Under the pieces are notes generated by a model, which was not told the origin of the DNA, searched no databases, and saw only the letters and a list, made by a program, of their open reading frames with translations. Made by a program: the position numbers and the translations under genes. From an uncultured Pseudomonadota bacterium (GTDB lineage: Bacteria > Babelota > Babeliae > Babelales > CAIQNR01): a stretch of DNA of 64,000 nt. Where the stretch lies: positions 4,861 through 68,860 of the forward strand of contig CAZRXF010000004.1 in the NCBI GenBank assembly GCA_964604015.1, written 5' to 3'. This document shows positions 28,213 through 37,000 of this stretch, piece after piece; positions within the stretch are counted from its first letter, which is position 1; every line of letters begins with the position of its first letter.

Positions 28213-29181
28213 GTGAGAAGGAGCGTGCTTTTTGTAGTCTTGTTGCTACCCGTTGGTTGGTGCGGGTTGTTGTCATCTTCCATTCCCTCAAAAATTATGG
28301 ATGACATTTCAGACACGCTTGCAACAGGGATGCCGATTGCTCTTTTTTCAGGGGTATGGTGGGCGGTTGCTAATCGAATTCCTTACAAATGGTCTGATCT
28401 TTCAGAACCAGCGGCGACGTTCATTAGAACGACGTGGAAAGAGCAGGGGCTTAAATATCCTGAAAAAATCATGCTGAAAGAGATTCCAGTAACATCGTTT
28501 CTTGCAAAAATTGTCATGTACACCCAAGAGCTCCCGCATGCACTTGCTGTCGGAGCGCCATTTAAAAATCGCATAGAAGAATTTTTATACGAAAAGATCC
28601 ATCTTGAATCTGAACTTCTTGAAGAAACGGATGAACTGAAGCGGATGCAGCTTCAGGAAAAACTTAAAAAAGTTGAGGAAGGATTGGCTGAGTGTCGCTT
28701 TGTATGCGGGCATGAGCGGGTCCACAAAGAACGGTCCCATACGTATCAAATGCTTTTGATTCAGTTCATAGCGCCTTTTATTTTCCATAGTTTGTTAAAA
28801 CATTCAGCAAACGCACTTGATCGTCATTGCCTCTTGCCAACGCTTTCTGCGGTACTTCGAAAGAATACAACACGGTCAGTTCTTGAAATGATTACATTCT
28901 GGGTGACCGCGCATATTTTTGAACGAGACGCTGATTTGCACGCTTCAAAAGATCCTGCGGAATTGAGAGCTGGAATTAACCTTTTTGTTCAAGCGCAACA
29001 AGCAAAGGCAGAACGGTCCCGAGTGCAGGGAATGAGAACATTTGTTCTTCTCTGGCTCCTGAAATATACCCACCCAACGATTCCTGAGCGGCTTTCTTAT
29101 CTGAAAAAGGCCCTCAAAAAAGCAGAGCGATCACAACACTCCGTACGAAGCAAGAGCAGAACGAATCAGAGAAAGGTCTGA
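28213..29181 (+). CDS. M48-family (HtpX/Ste24-like) zinc metalloprotease, membrane associated
   Basis: HExxH present (CGHERVHKE), followed by ERDADLHA and THPTIPERLSYL, which match the usual M48 downstream motifs. N-terminal hydrophobic segment. Confidence 0.6.
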   Translation: MRRSVLFVVLLLPVGWCGLLSSSIPSKIMDDISDTLATGMPIALFSGVWWAVANRIPYKWSDLSEPAATFIRTTWKEQGLKYPEKIMLKEIPVTSFLAKIVMYTQELPHALAVGAPFKNRIEEFLYEKIHLESELLEETDELKRMQLQEKLKKVEEGLAECRFVCGHERVHKERSHTYQMLLIQFIAPFIFHSLLKHSANALDRHCLLPTLSAVLRKNTTRSVLEMITFWVTAHIFERDADLHASKDPAELRAGINLFVQAQQAKAERSRVQGMRTFVLLWLLKYTHPTIPERLSYLKKALKKAERSQHSVRSKSRTNQRKV

Positions 29182-29661
29182 ATTTTTACAAAGGACGGTC
29201 TTGATGATTCCTGCCTGCAAAGCAGACGTAAGTGCCTGGGGTTGATCATCAATCATGACACAGGCGCGAGGGTCAAGATGATGGATAGCAAGAAAATGCT
29301 TGATAAGCTGCGGATCTGATTTTTGTGTCCCAAACGACTCGCTGCACACGATGTCGCTAAAGTAGGAAAAAAGGAGTTCACTGTGCGGGATGTCTTTTAA
29401 AAAATCAAAGAGGGACGAAGAAAGCGTGGTAATGCTAAAGAGTTTATGCCCACGTCGTCTGCATTCTTCCAGGAACGCAAGGGTCGATCGGTAATCTGGT
29501 GCCAGGGTTTGGGCGTATACAGCGGTACCTGTCGTATTATGTGAACTTTTTTTAAAGAACAAACCATCAAAATCTACGATGAGTGCATACTGGGAAATCT
29601 TTTGTACTGTTGGTTCAGAACCTAAAATTGGACAGAAACGTTCGACTCTCTGCGTCATCAT
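29131..29661 (-). CDS. HAD-superfamily hydrolase (small)
   Basis: Motif I VDFDGLFF (DxD), later SITT and MIDDQPQAL (the DD motif). The 3' end overlaps the convergent M48 gene by 51 nt. Confidence 0.55.
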   Translation of the reverse strand: MMTQRVERFCPILGSEPTVQKISQYALIVDFDGLFFKKSSHNTTGTAVYAQTLAPDYRSTLAFLEECRRRGHKLFSITTLSSSLFDFLKDIPHSELLFSYFSDIVCSESFGTQKSDPQLIKHFLAIHHLDPRACVMIDDQPQALTSALQAGIIKTVLCKNSDLSLIRSALASYGVL

Positions 29662-29709
29662 AGGAAACCCCTTCTTTAAAGACCTTACCTACGATTCAGC
29701 GTAACGGTC

Positions 29710-30411
29710 TTACTGTTTTTGGCAACACCCCTTTCTGGTTATCATCCTTCGTTGCTTTTTTCCAAATCCAAAGAGCGAATGTGATTTTTTGTTTACCGCT
29801 TGCGATACTGCAGTTCCTTGGGCTGAGGTAAGTGTAGTGACCAGATCTTTAAGGTCAGCAAGCTCTTTTTTAATAGCGGCAACTTGTTGCGCTGTTCCTG
29901 CAGTTTCGGAGTTTTTTGCTAGCTTCACAACGAGTGGGGTGATGGTATCAAGTATCCCGACCGCATTTTTTACTTTTGCTCCTAGATTTTCCTGATTTTC
30001 TTTCAACAAAGGGAGCTCTTTTTCCCAGAGTTGAATCTGTTTTTCAAGTCCCAGTAAGGTACTTTTTGTCTCGATGATAATCGCCATTTCATGACCAATA
30101 AAGTGGTAGACACCAAAAACTGCGGCAAGTCCACCAAAGACAAACCAAAGATAGGGGGAAGCCAGGAGAGAAACGCCAGGATTGGTTACAACAAGTGAAC
30201 GAACTTGTGGCTGAGGTGTGGCGGCGCTGGAGTGTCCTGCCACCCCTGCCACGGCTGCGCCTGCGACGACTGCGGCCGTTGAGACAAGATCACGTGGTGA
30301 AGGGAGTGTCAGGGCTTCATCTTGCTCTCTCATAAACTGACTGACCAATCCTTCTTCGGACAATGCTGGAACTGTCGACAGTAGGGCAAGGGCGAAAATT
30401 GTTTTTTTCAT
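29710..30411 (-). CDS. Hypothetical exported/membrane coiled-coil protein with polybasic-CC C-terminus
   Basis: Signal peptide MKKTIFALALLSTVPALS, TM helix LWFVFGGLAAVFGVYHFIG, a heptad-like region, and the tail GKKQRRMITRKGCCQKQ. Confidence 0.6.
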   Translation of the reverse strand: MKKTIFALALLSTVPALSEEGLVSQFMREQDEALTLPSPRDLVSTAAVVAGAAVAGVAGHSSAATPQPQVRSLVVTNPGVSLLASPYLWFVFGGLAAVFGVYHFIGHEMAIIIETKSTLLGLEKQIQLWEKELPLLKENQENLGAKVKNAVGILDTITPLVVKLAKNSETAGTAQQVAAIKKELADLKDLVTTLTSAQGTAVSQAVNKKSHSLFGFGKKQRRMITRKGCCQKQ

Positions 30412-30483
30412 GGCGGTTTCCTATCGTATAAAGCGTGATAAACATTGGGAACGGACTATACTGGAAGGCCGAAGGGTTACGCA

Positions 30484-30861
30484 ATGAGTTATAAAGATTT
30501 GTATCATGAACGGTTGTTGGATTATTTCCACCATCCGCGCAAAAAGGGCACGCTCGAGCAGCCAGATTTCAAAACGGGGGTTCATAACCCCTCGTGTGGC
30601 GATTCTGTCTTTTTTCAAGGCCATGTTCGCGATGGAAAGTTGGTGGCGTGCAGATTTCAGGCCCAAGGGTGCGTGATCAGTTGTGCTGCTGCTTCATTGC
30701 TTGCAGAAAAAGCAGAAGGATGCACGGTAGAAGAGATTGCAACCTATACGCCACAAACGATGCTCGATCTTGTGGGAGTATCGCTTGGTCCAACGCGCAT
30801 GCGTTGCGCGCTTCTTGCGCTTGAAGCATTACAAACAGGGATTATGCGTAAGGAGAGCTAA
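30484..30861 (+). CDS. sufU: SufU/IscU-type sulfur-transfer (Fe-S scaffold-like) protein
   Basis: MSYKDLYHERLLDYFHHPRKKG, NPSCGDSV, GCVISCAAAS and RMRCALLALEAL provide the three Cys plus Asp ligands typical of SufU. The ORF track start 30445 (TTG) is less likely than the ATG at 30484. Confidence 0.85.
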   Translation: MSYKDLYHERLLDYFHHPRKKGTLEQPDFKTGVHNPSCGDSVFFQGHVRDGKLVACRFQAQGCVISCAAASLLAEKAEGCTVEEIATYTPQTMLDLVGVSLGPTRMRCALLALEALQTGIMRKES

Positions 30862-30862
30862 A

Positions 30863-31987
30863 ATGCTAGACCGTGCAAAAGTGATGCGAGAATTAAACAT
30901 CGAAGGGCAACAACTCTTTCTCGATTATTCAGAAGAATATGAAGCGGTGCGTGCACATTGGCATGCGTTGTGTGCCGACCCTCTGTTTCTTGAAAAAGTG
31001 CGCGCCTATCCATCATATGGCCTTGCACTCTGGCAAGGGCAGGTGGGCAGTGCCTCTCTGGTTAAACCATTAGAAAAATCGTATCAGGTTGTATCAGTTG
31101 ATGGATCACAAATTTATCCTGACAAGCATCAGGGTACTACGTGCTTTCTTCTGAACATTGGTACAGCGGTTTTACGCTATGGGCTGGGACAAGGGATGAC
31201 CCTGTTTTCTTCCGAGCCCTCTCTTTTTATCGGTCAGGATGGTGACGATGAAACAGGTCGCTCAATTGATGTGGTAAATGGGAAACGGGAAGAATTTGAA
31301 TTTAAGGCGGGGCTTGAAACGTGTAGTGCATTGCAGGAAGAACAACCTGAAATGCCGCTCCTTTTTTTGTTTGATGGGTCACTTATTTTTTGGCATCTGG
31401 AAAGTAAAGAAGCGCTGCTGAAACAGTATTTTTTGCAGGCGTATTGCCAGTTGCTCCAAGGCTTTTACGAGAAAAAGATACCGGTTGTCGGCTATATTAG
31501 CCTGCCTAAAAGTAAAGATCTGGTGAATCTTGCTCGGGCGCAGGCAACTCAATTTTCCCCAGTCGCTACTGAACGAACACAGCTTTTTACTCACACGGTT
31601 GATACGGTCATTGCTTCAATCTTTCTTGAACCCGGTGAGCGTTCCACTTTTTTTGAAAGTGCTACTCCGATTACGCAGGGATATCCGCCGCATTTGCGTC
31701 CGTGGTTTTGTTATTACGCAACACAAGACGAGATGGTTCGTCTTGAATTTCCTCGTTACGTTGTTGATGACATAGCACTTGCAGAGCAAAGTTTTTCGAT
31801 TATTGCTGACCAAGTAGCAAAAGGTAACGGGTACCCAATCAGCACAGCAGAAGCGCATATACAGGCGGTAGTCAAAGGTGCTGACCGTGAGTTTTTCTAT
31901 CATGCCATTGAGCGCTATGGGGTACAGTGTAAGCGGCGTCTGATTATGTCTCAAAAGAGTCTTAAAAAACGAAGGATGAGTGTATGA
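30863..31987 (+). CDS. NurA-domain-like nuclease candidate (function uncertain)
   Basis: The ATG at 30863 is preceded by AAGGAG. The track start 30737 would overlap sufU. VSVDGSQIYPD (DGS motif) and the C-terminal GNGYPISTAEAHIQAVV resemble NurA-family motifs as I recall them. No herA-like ATPase is adjacent. Confidence 0.4.
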   Translation: MLDRAKVMRELNIEGQQLFLDYSEEYEAVRAHWHALCADPLFLEKVRAYPSYGLALWQGQVGSASLVKPLEKSYQVVSVDGSQIYPDKHQGTTCFLLNIGTAVLRYGLGQGMTLFSSEPSLFIGQDGDDETGRSIDVVNGKREEFEFKAGLETCSALQEEQPEMPLLFLFDGSLIFWHLESKEALLKQYFLQAYCQLLQGFYEKKIPVVGYISLPKSKDLVNLARAQATQFSPVATERTQLFTHTVDTVIASIFLEPGERSTFFESATPITQGYPPHLRPWFCYYATQDEMVRLEFPRYVVDDIALAEQSFSIIADQVAKGNGYPISTAEAHIQAVVKGADREFFYHAIERYGVQCKRRLIMSQKSLKKRRMSV

Positions 31988-32295
31988 AAAAAGGGATGAA
32001 AGCCGTGTTGTGTGCTCTATTTATCATAGGTTCTACCCCTGCAAAGGCAGGATTTTTTGGGTGGCTTGATCTTGCTGCTCTGGTGATTGTGCTTCGTTCG
32101 GCTGAACGGCTTATTTTGGAAAAAGACCAGTGTTGTGCGTGCTGTCAAGGTTGCAGAAAAAATGGTATGCGAGCGTTGATGGCACAAGGGGGAAAGAAAA
32201 AACAGGCTCAGCACAAAGAATGTCTGGAAGGATCAACGGAAATGGTGGTACTACTCAAAGACTGTAGCTGCCGGCAAGAAAGGCAGGAGGGATAG
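31984..32295 (+). CDS. Small hydrophobic-N-terminus Cys-rich protein (hypothetical)
   Basis: ATGA overlap with the upstream gene. N-terminus MKKGMKAVLCALFIIGSTPAKA, a second hydrophobic stretch, then the cluster CCACCQGC. Confidence 0.5.
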   Translation: MKKGMKAVLCALFIIGSTPAKAGFFGWLDLAALVIVLRSAERLILEKDQCCACCQGCRKNGMRALMAQGGKKKQAQHKECLEGSTEMVVLLKDCSCRQERQEG

Positions 32296-32348
32296 GGTAA
32301 AAATGAAGGCGCGTACGTAAAAACGTGCGGGCAAAGGGGGAGAAAGGG

Positions 32349-33533
32349 ATGAAAAGGGAACTGTTGGGAATGTTGTTATGTTGTGCAGGGATTGGCGCTC
32401 TGCAGGGGTCTGACTCGGAACCTTGCTCACGTCCTGCAAGTTGTCCGCCAGTAGTTGAAGGTTCGGCAGGGGCTGGCACTACACTTCCAGATGGAGCTCG
32501 GTTTTCTCTTCATGATCCGAGAAATACCCAGATTCTTCAACTTATAATGCAATGTCAGGCGCTTCAAGCCGAGGTAAAAAAACAATCAACTTATGAATGT
32601 CCGCAAGAGGAAGATGCATCTGCAGTTCGGGCGGTGCGGGCAGAAGGGACTTTGCTAGCATCGATTTCGGGACAATTACAGCAATTAGGAACGGGACTTC
32701 TTGGGTTATGGCAAAATGCAATGGCTGGCTCAGTACATGCTGCGGGACCGGTTCAACAAAGCGTATCATCAGTTGCTGTAGGGGAAGCTGGAGATGTGTC
32801 ACATACTGTTCCTCTTCCTGCGGCAGCTGGATGGTCTCAGGAAAATATTGCTCAGCTGATAAAAGTTGAGGGAGACAGTATTCGTGCTGAGATGACGGGT
32901 ATGTTGGCAAGCAGTATGCAGGGAACACGTTTTTATAATGCTCCAGAAGTTGTTCAGAATCATGAGTTATGCGAGGGGATTGTTCGTTGTGCTTTTGGAA
33001 AAACCGAACAGGGAAACGAGGCTTTTGATAGGCTTAGAGAGCTTGCCCAGCCTCGACAGAGCATATTCTGTTGGCGGCGACGTACTCCGAGACGTTCAAT
33101 ATCTCAAGTGGGCCCTATACCGCTCAGACCACCATCCCCTTCCCTTTCCGGGTATCAAAGAGATGGTGTTGGGATTGCGTTAGCGCAATTACATCCCACT
33201 CCTGTATTCCCTGCAGAAGTGACCGAGGATACGGTAGAGCAGTATTTGCAAGAAGAGATGGAGAATTTGAGGCGAGATATCAAAGCAGAGCTAGTAAGTC
33301 AGGGACGAGCATATGCCATTCTGGAACTTTCAAAAGCATTTGAGAACCGTGAAACGTGCCAAGCACTTGTAAGTGCAGGATTAGGTACAGATGCGTATGC
33401 CAGGTTAGTTGCGCTTGCAGGGGGAGCTCAGAAAGAATCAGTACAACGACCATCTGTCGAGCCTGTTGATTCTCAATGTGGAAGAGGTCGTGCTGCCGGA
33501 GGAGCCGGTGGTGATGGGCTTGTTTTTGTTTAG
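32349..33533 (+). CDS. Hypothetical secreted protein
   Basis: The ATG at 32349 has GGGGGAG upstream. Signal-like MKRELLGMLLCCAGIGALQG. A/G/Q-rich with no recognisable motif. Confidence 0.6.
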   Translation: MKRELLGMLLCCAGIGALQGSDSEPCSRPASCPPVVEGSAGAGTTLPDGARFSLHDPRNTQILQLIMQCQALQAEVKKQSTYECPQEEDASAVRAVRAEGTLLASISGQLQQLGTGLLGLWQNAMAGSVHAAGPVQQSVSSVAVGEAGDVSHTVPLPAAAGWSQENIAQLIKVEGDSIRAEMTGMLASSMQGTRFYNAPEVVQNHELCEGIVRCAFGKTEQGNEAFDRLRELAQPRQSIFCWRRRTPRRSISQVGPIPLRPPSPSLSGYQRDGVGIALAQLHPTPVFPAEVTEDTVEQYLQEEMENLRRDIKAELVSQGRAYAILELSKAFENRETCQALVSAGLGTDAYARLVALAGGAQKESVQRPSVEPVDSQCGRGRAAGGAGGDGLVFV

Positions 33534-33637
33534 GAAGAAGCAGTGTGATGATAAAAAGAGGGCATTTGGAATCAGCTTAAAGAAGGAGTAAAATCACCTG
33601 AGAGTTTCAGAAGTAACCAAAAAAAGAAAGAGCTATC

Positions 33638-34387
33638 ATGGGTAAAGAATACGAGGGAGCAAAAAGTCTGGTGTTGGTCGTTATGTGCAGTAGCATGACG
33701 GCGATGGTGAGTGCGGGGGATAGGTTGTCTACAGCCATAAGTCCTTCGGAGTTGCGTGGGCTTGGAAGTTTTCGTTCGTGCGGCGCAGATCCGGAGGGAT
33801 GCATCGTGTACCTTGCTAAACCATTTTCTCGTGATATTACTCCATCTGCAGTCTCGACTCGAAAATCTTCCGCAAAGAGTGGCACGAGAGTTACGATCCA
33901 GGAAGGTGTTGTCCCACATGAAGATCATGATGATGATCAGGAGCTTTTGAATCTTGCGGAACATCCGGTGAGTTCTCCATCTAAGGGGGCTACTGCAGCG
34001 ATGGCTGCTTTTACCCTCACATCTCCTCGTCCACCTAAAACACCCAGCGCAGAGAGGGTGGTGAATTTAAAGCGGAGACTTCAGGAATTGTTGGGAAATG
34101 ATGAAGCGCTGACCGCTGTGGTTGGAGATGACGGTTCGTATAAAAATTTATGTGCCCTTGTAGCAGCAGCAGCTGGCGCAAAAAAAGGGCGGGGATCTCG
34201 TACAGACGGTGCGGCCTTGGTTCCGCTGCGTCCGCGGTCATCTAGCTTGAAAGGACCGAGACCTAACAGTACGGGTGGCTTCGGGTTGCAACGAATGCCT
34301 TCAGTTCCTGCTACGGTGGAATCAGCTGCCGATTCTCTTCGTGGTGGTGCAGCAAGTGCGGGAGAAGAAGTGGCTGTTAAGGCGTAA
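33638..34387 (+). CDS. Hypothetical secreted low-complexity protein
   Basis: N-terminus SLVLVVMCSSMTAMVSAGD; S/A/G/P/R-rich. Preferred over the antisense 288-aa ORF. Confidence 0.5.
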   Translation: MGKEYEGAKSLVLVVMCSSMTAMVSAGDRLSTAISPSELRGLGSFRSCGADPEGCIVYLAKPFSRDITPSAVSTRKSSAKSGTRVTIQEGVVPHEDHDDDQELLNLAEHPVSSPSKGATAAMAAFTLTSPRPPKTPSAERVVNLKRRLQELLGNDEALTAVVGDDGSYKNLCALVAAAAGAKKGRGSRTDGAALVPLRPRSSSLKGPRPNSTGGFGLQRMPSVPATVESAADSLRGGAASAGEEVAVKA

Positions 34388-34517
34388 ACTTCTGTTCGGA
34401 TTATCCGGTAAAAGTGGTTTTTTTTAGGAAAGCTGTGTACAGTATCCGCAGTTTTTATTGCAGTAGTAGTAAAAACGAGTAAAAAACTAAACAGATGGTT
34501 TAACAAAAAGGATCTGT

Positions 34518-34958
34518 ATGAAAACAGTAAAATATGCTTTTGCAATTGGGCTTTTGTGTGTAGCGCCAGTCCGCGCAGGCGAAGCAACATCGGCAGCTGC
34601 CTCAGATGACGTTGCGCCAGTGCAAATCCCAGTCGATTGCTCTGATCTTGTTGCTGCAAAAGCAGCTGCCTACCGTACCTTACTTGGAGCGTATAAGTCT
34701 GGTGACGATCAGACCGCAGTTGCTGACTCACTTGCCGCGTTGCTGAGTGCGTATCAAGCATGTCACGATGAAAAGTTGGTAGCAAAAACACGATCAGTTG
34801 ACGTATCAAGCGATACGGCATCTTCAGACGCTGCTCCTGCTGATAGCCCTGCACCTTCAAATAGCGATGTTTCTCCTGCTCCAGTTCCGACAGATGCGGC
34901 TTCAGCGACCCCAGCAGTAACAGATGTAACTCCAGCAACACCGGCATCAGCAGCTTAG
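34518..34958 (+). CDS. Hypothetical secreted protein
   Basis: Signal peptide MKTVKYAFAIGLLCVAPVRAG, A/S/D/P-rich tail, AAGGA before the ATG, and a strong terminator downstream. Confidence 0.6.
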   Translation: MKTVKYAFAIGLLCVAPVRAGEATSAAASDDVAPVQIPVDCSDLVAAKAAAYRTLLGAYKSGDDQTAVADSLAALLSAYQACHDEKLVAKTRSVDVSSDTASSDAAPADSPAPSNSDVSPAPVPTDAASATPAVTDVTPATPASAA

Positions 34959-34989
34959 TACTTCCCTCAGCATTCGATACAAACTAAAA

Positions 34990-35016
34990 GCCTCCCAAAT
35001 TTGGGGGGCTTTTTTT
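34990..35016 (+). terminator. Rho-independent terminator
   Basis: GCCTCCC-AAATTT-GGGGGGC stem-loop followed by a T7 run. Confidence 0.8.
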
Positions 35017-35116
35017 ATTGTAAATAATCAGGAACTAATCTTTTTGTAGCACCATTTTTGTACTTTTCCTTATTCTAAAAATGCTTTTTATCGGTCATAA
35101 AGGGTGAGGGGAATAC

Positions 35117-35635
35117 ATGGGGATGTATAAAAAAGGGGCGCTTGTCGGCATATTCTTTTGTCTGTTCAAGAATGCGGCAGGAGCGTTTTCCGGGGATATA
35201 GAACAAAGAAATTTTTTGAGACTTGAGCAGCTGTCTACTCGAGTACATCTGCTTGAAAAGCAGGTGTTACAGGAGGAAAAAGAACGAGTCCTGTTATGGA
35301 GAAAAGTACATGATCTACAGGGTGCACAGCGCGATATAAGGATCAGTCTGGGAGCTTTATGGTTCGGAATTGCTGTTGAAGACAAGAGCATTGCTTTGTT
35401 AGAGAAGGAGGTTTGCCAGCTAAGGCGAGAGATTACCTTGCAAAGAAGGGAACTTGCATTGCTTGAACAACGTTTTTTCGATGGCGATGCAAATTCTCAA
35501 GAAGCTACTTCTGGATCGCGTCTCGTATCGGTGGAAAATACTGAACCTGAAGGACCAACAAGCCCTCTCCTGCCTCCTTCTATTGGATCAAGAGTGGTGC
35601 TCCATTCATCCGAGCAAAGGGGAGGGACCGCATGA
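35117..35635 (+). CDS. Hypothetical exported coiled-coil protein
   Basis: N-terminus GALVGIFFCLFKNAAGA, GAGGGG before the ATG, and heptad-like L/E/Q/R sequence. Confidence 0.55.
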   Translation: MGMYKKGALVGIFFCLFKNAAGAFSGDIEQRNFLRLEQLSTRVHLLEKQVLQEEKERVLLWRKVHDLQGAQRDIRISLGALWFGIAVEDKSIALLEKEVCQLRREITLQRRELALLEQRFFDGDANSQEATSGSRLVSVENTEPEGPTSPLLPPSIGSRVVLHSSEQRGGTA

Positions 35636-36264
35636 AACGAAAACTTTTACTGAGTGTACTGCTTTCACTCGTCCCGTTTCAGACGCAAGCAAGTGTTGAT
35701 GGCAATGCTGATGGGAAGGATGTTGCGATTGTTGTTCTTGCTTGTGGAACGGCGTTTATGTCGGGTGCATGGTTGGTGTGGTGTTGGTACACAAGGTCAG
35801 TGAAGCGAGAACTACAGTATAATTTGGCTCATGCGCAAGGGGAATTAGGAAGAACACAAGGACAATTGCGGGGAGCGGAGGACCGATTGCAGCAGCTTGC
35901 TCAGGCGATAGGTCCTGTAGTTGAAGACACAAGAAGAACGAATCGGGCTGTGGGTGACGCACAGACTCGGATTCAGGCAGTGCGAGATGCAGCACTTGCA
36001 CAGTTGCAACGAGCAACAGCGGCAGGAAGTGCTGACGAAGTTTGGATAACTATGCAGAACGGGGGACCTCCGCCCTCTTATAATGCTCCGCATGTGTCAC
36101 TTGCGCAGCTTTTACCCCCTGCCTTACAGTCAGGTGTTACAGAAACTGACTTGAGACAAGGACCAGCTTACCAGCAAGAAGGTTTTGGTGATGAACAGGA
36201 GCAGGTTGATGGGGTACAGGGGCGAATTGGTGGAGCGGCAGGGTTTAACGACGAAGAAGCCTGA
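35632..36264 (+). CDS. Hypothetical membrane/exported coiled-coil protein
   Basis: ATGA overlap with the upstream ORF. Signal MKRKLLLSVLLSLVPFQTQA, TM helix VAIVVLACGTAFMSGAWLVWCWY, then a Q/R/A-rich helix. Confidence 0.55.
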   Translation: MKRKLLLSVLLSLVPFQTQASVDGNADGKDVAIVVLACGTAFMSGAWLVWCWYTRSVKRELQYNLAHAQGELGRTQGQLRGAEDRLQQLAQAIGPVVEDTRRTNRAVGDAQTRIQAVRDAALAQLQRATAAGSADEVWITMQNGGPPPSYNAPHVSLAQLLPPALQSGVTETDLRQGPAYQQEGFGDEQEQVDGVQGRIGGAAGFNDEEA

Positions 36265-36373
36265 GCAAATTGTCTCGCTTTTGCAAAAAAAGCAGCTACA
36301 CTAGGGCCCATTATGCTTTTTTAAGGCATAAATAGATGAAAACATAAAGTGTTTCTTGCACAAAGGGATGTGT

Positions 36374-36919
36374 ATGAAAAAAGTAAAAATTTTGCTCAGT
36401 GTAACGATGCTCTTGTCTGGGTATAGCGTAGCAAGCGAGGGGGGGCGCCCTGACGACCAGGTTCAAGAACAACTTTTAGCTGGGGCGGTGGCTTCATCTG
36501 ATAACTCAGGTGCAACGGCAGTTGCTGGTGAAGAACAAGAAGAAGGGGCGGTCGCCCAGGTGGGCGTAGATCCTGAGCTGAATGATCACCAAGGTCCGCA
36601 AGTGAATGGTGGTTCCATGCAAGCTGTTCTTGATGCACTTGCCCGGAACGCTTCTGCGCCACTTCCGGGACAAGAGGTGACGGGTTCTAAACTGGTCCGT
36701 GCTATATGGAGGGGGGAAGGTGTTCCAGGAACACATCCAACTGGCGAGGGAAGGACATTGACCGATGCTGAAATTGCTGAAGCAAATGCAGTACAAGCAG
36801 CAAGACGTGCGGTTGGTCGCCCTGCCGCGTATGCGCCTACAACAACGTCGTACCTTGGGCTTCCGGGAGCGGGACATGGAAGACCTCCTCATAGAACTGG
36901 CACCCTACATAGAAGCTAA
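36374..36919 (+). CDS. Hypothetical secreted Gly/Ala-rich protein
   Basis: The ATG at 36374 gives MKKVKILLSVTMLLSGYSVASEG. The sequence looks disordered. Confidence 0.5.
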   Translation: MKKVKILLSVTMLLSGYSVASEGGRPDDQVQEQLLAGAVASSDNSGATAVAGEEQEEGAVAQVGVDPELNDHQGPQVNGGSMQAVLDALARNASAPLPGQEVTGSKLVRAIWRGEGVPGTHPTGEGRTLTDAEIAEANAVQAARRAVGRPAAYAPTTTSYLGLPGAGHGRPPHRTGTLHRS

Positions 36920-37000
36920 GATTTTTGAAAGGGCCTCTGTAGGCCATTTTTTATGAGCAATAATGACAGAAAATACATGATAGGCGATAAGGAAAAGTTG

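Noticed and set aside
30737-30862. Upstream extension of the NurA-like ORF given in the ORF track
   Set aside because: It would overlap the 3' third of sufU in another frame. The ATG at 30863 has a good AAGGAG and follows the sufU stop directly.
34081-34947. 288-aa minus-strand ORF spanning two plus-strand genes
   Set aside because: It has Leu/Arg/Gln-rich antisense-type composition, no signal or motif, and bridges an intergenic region. The plus-strand ORFs have signal peptides, SD sequences and a downstream terminator.
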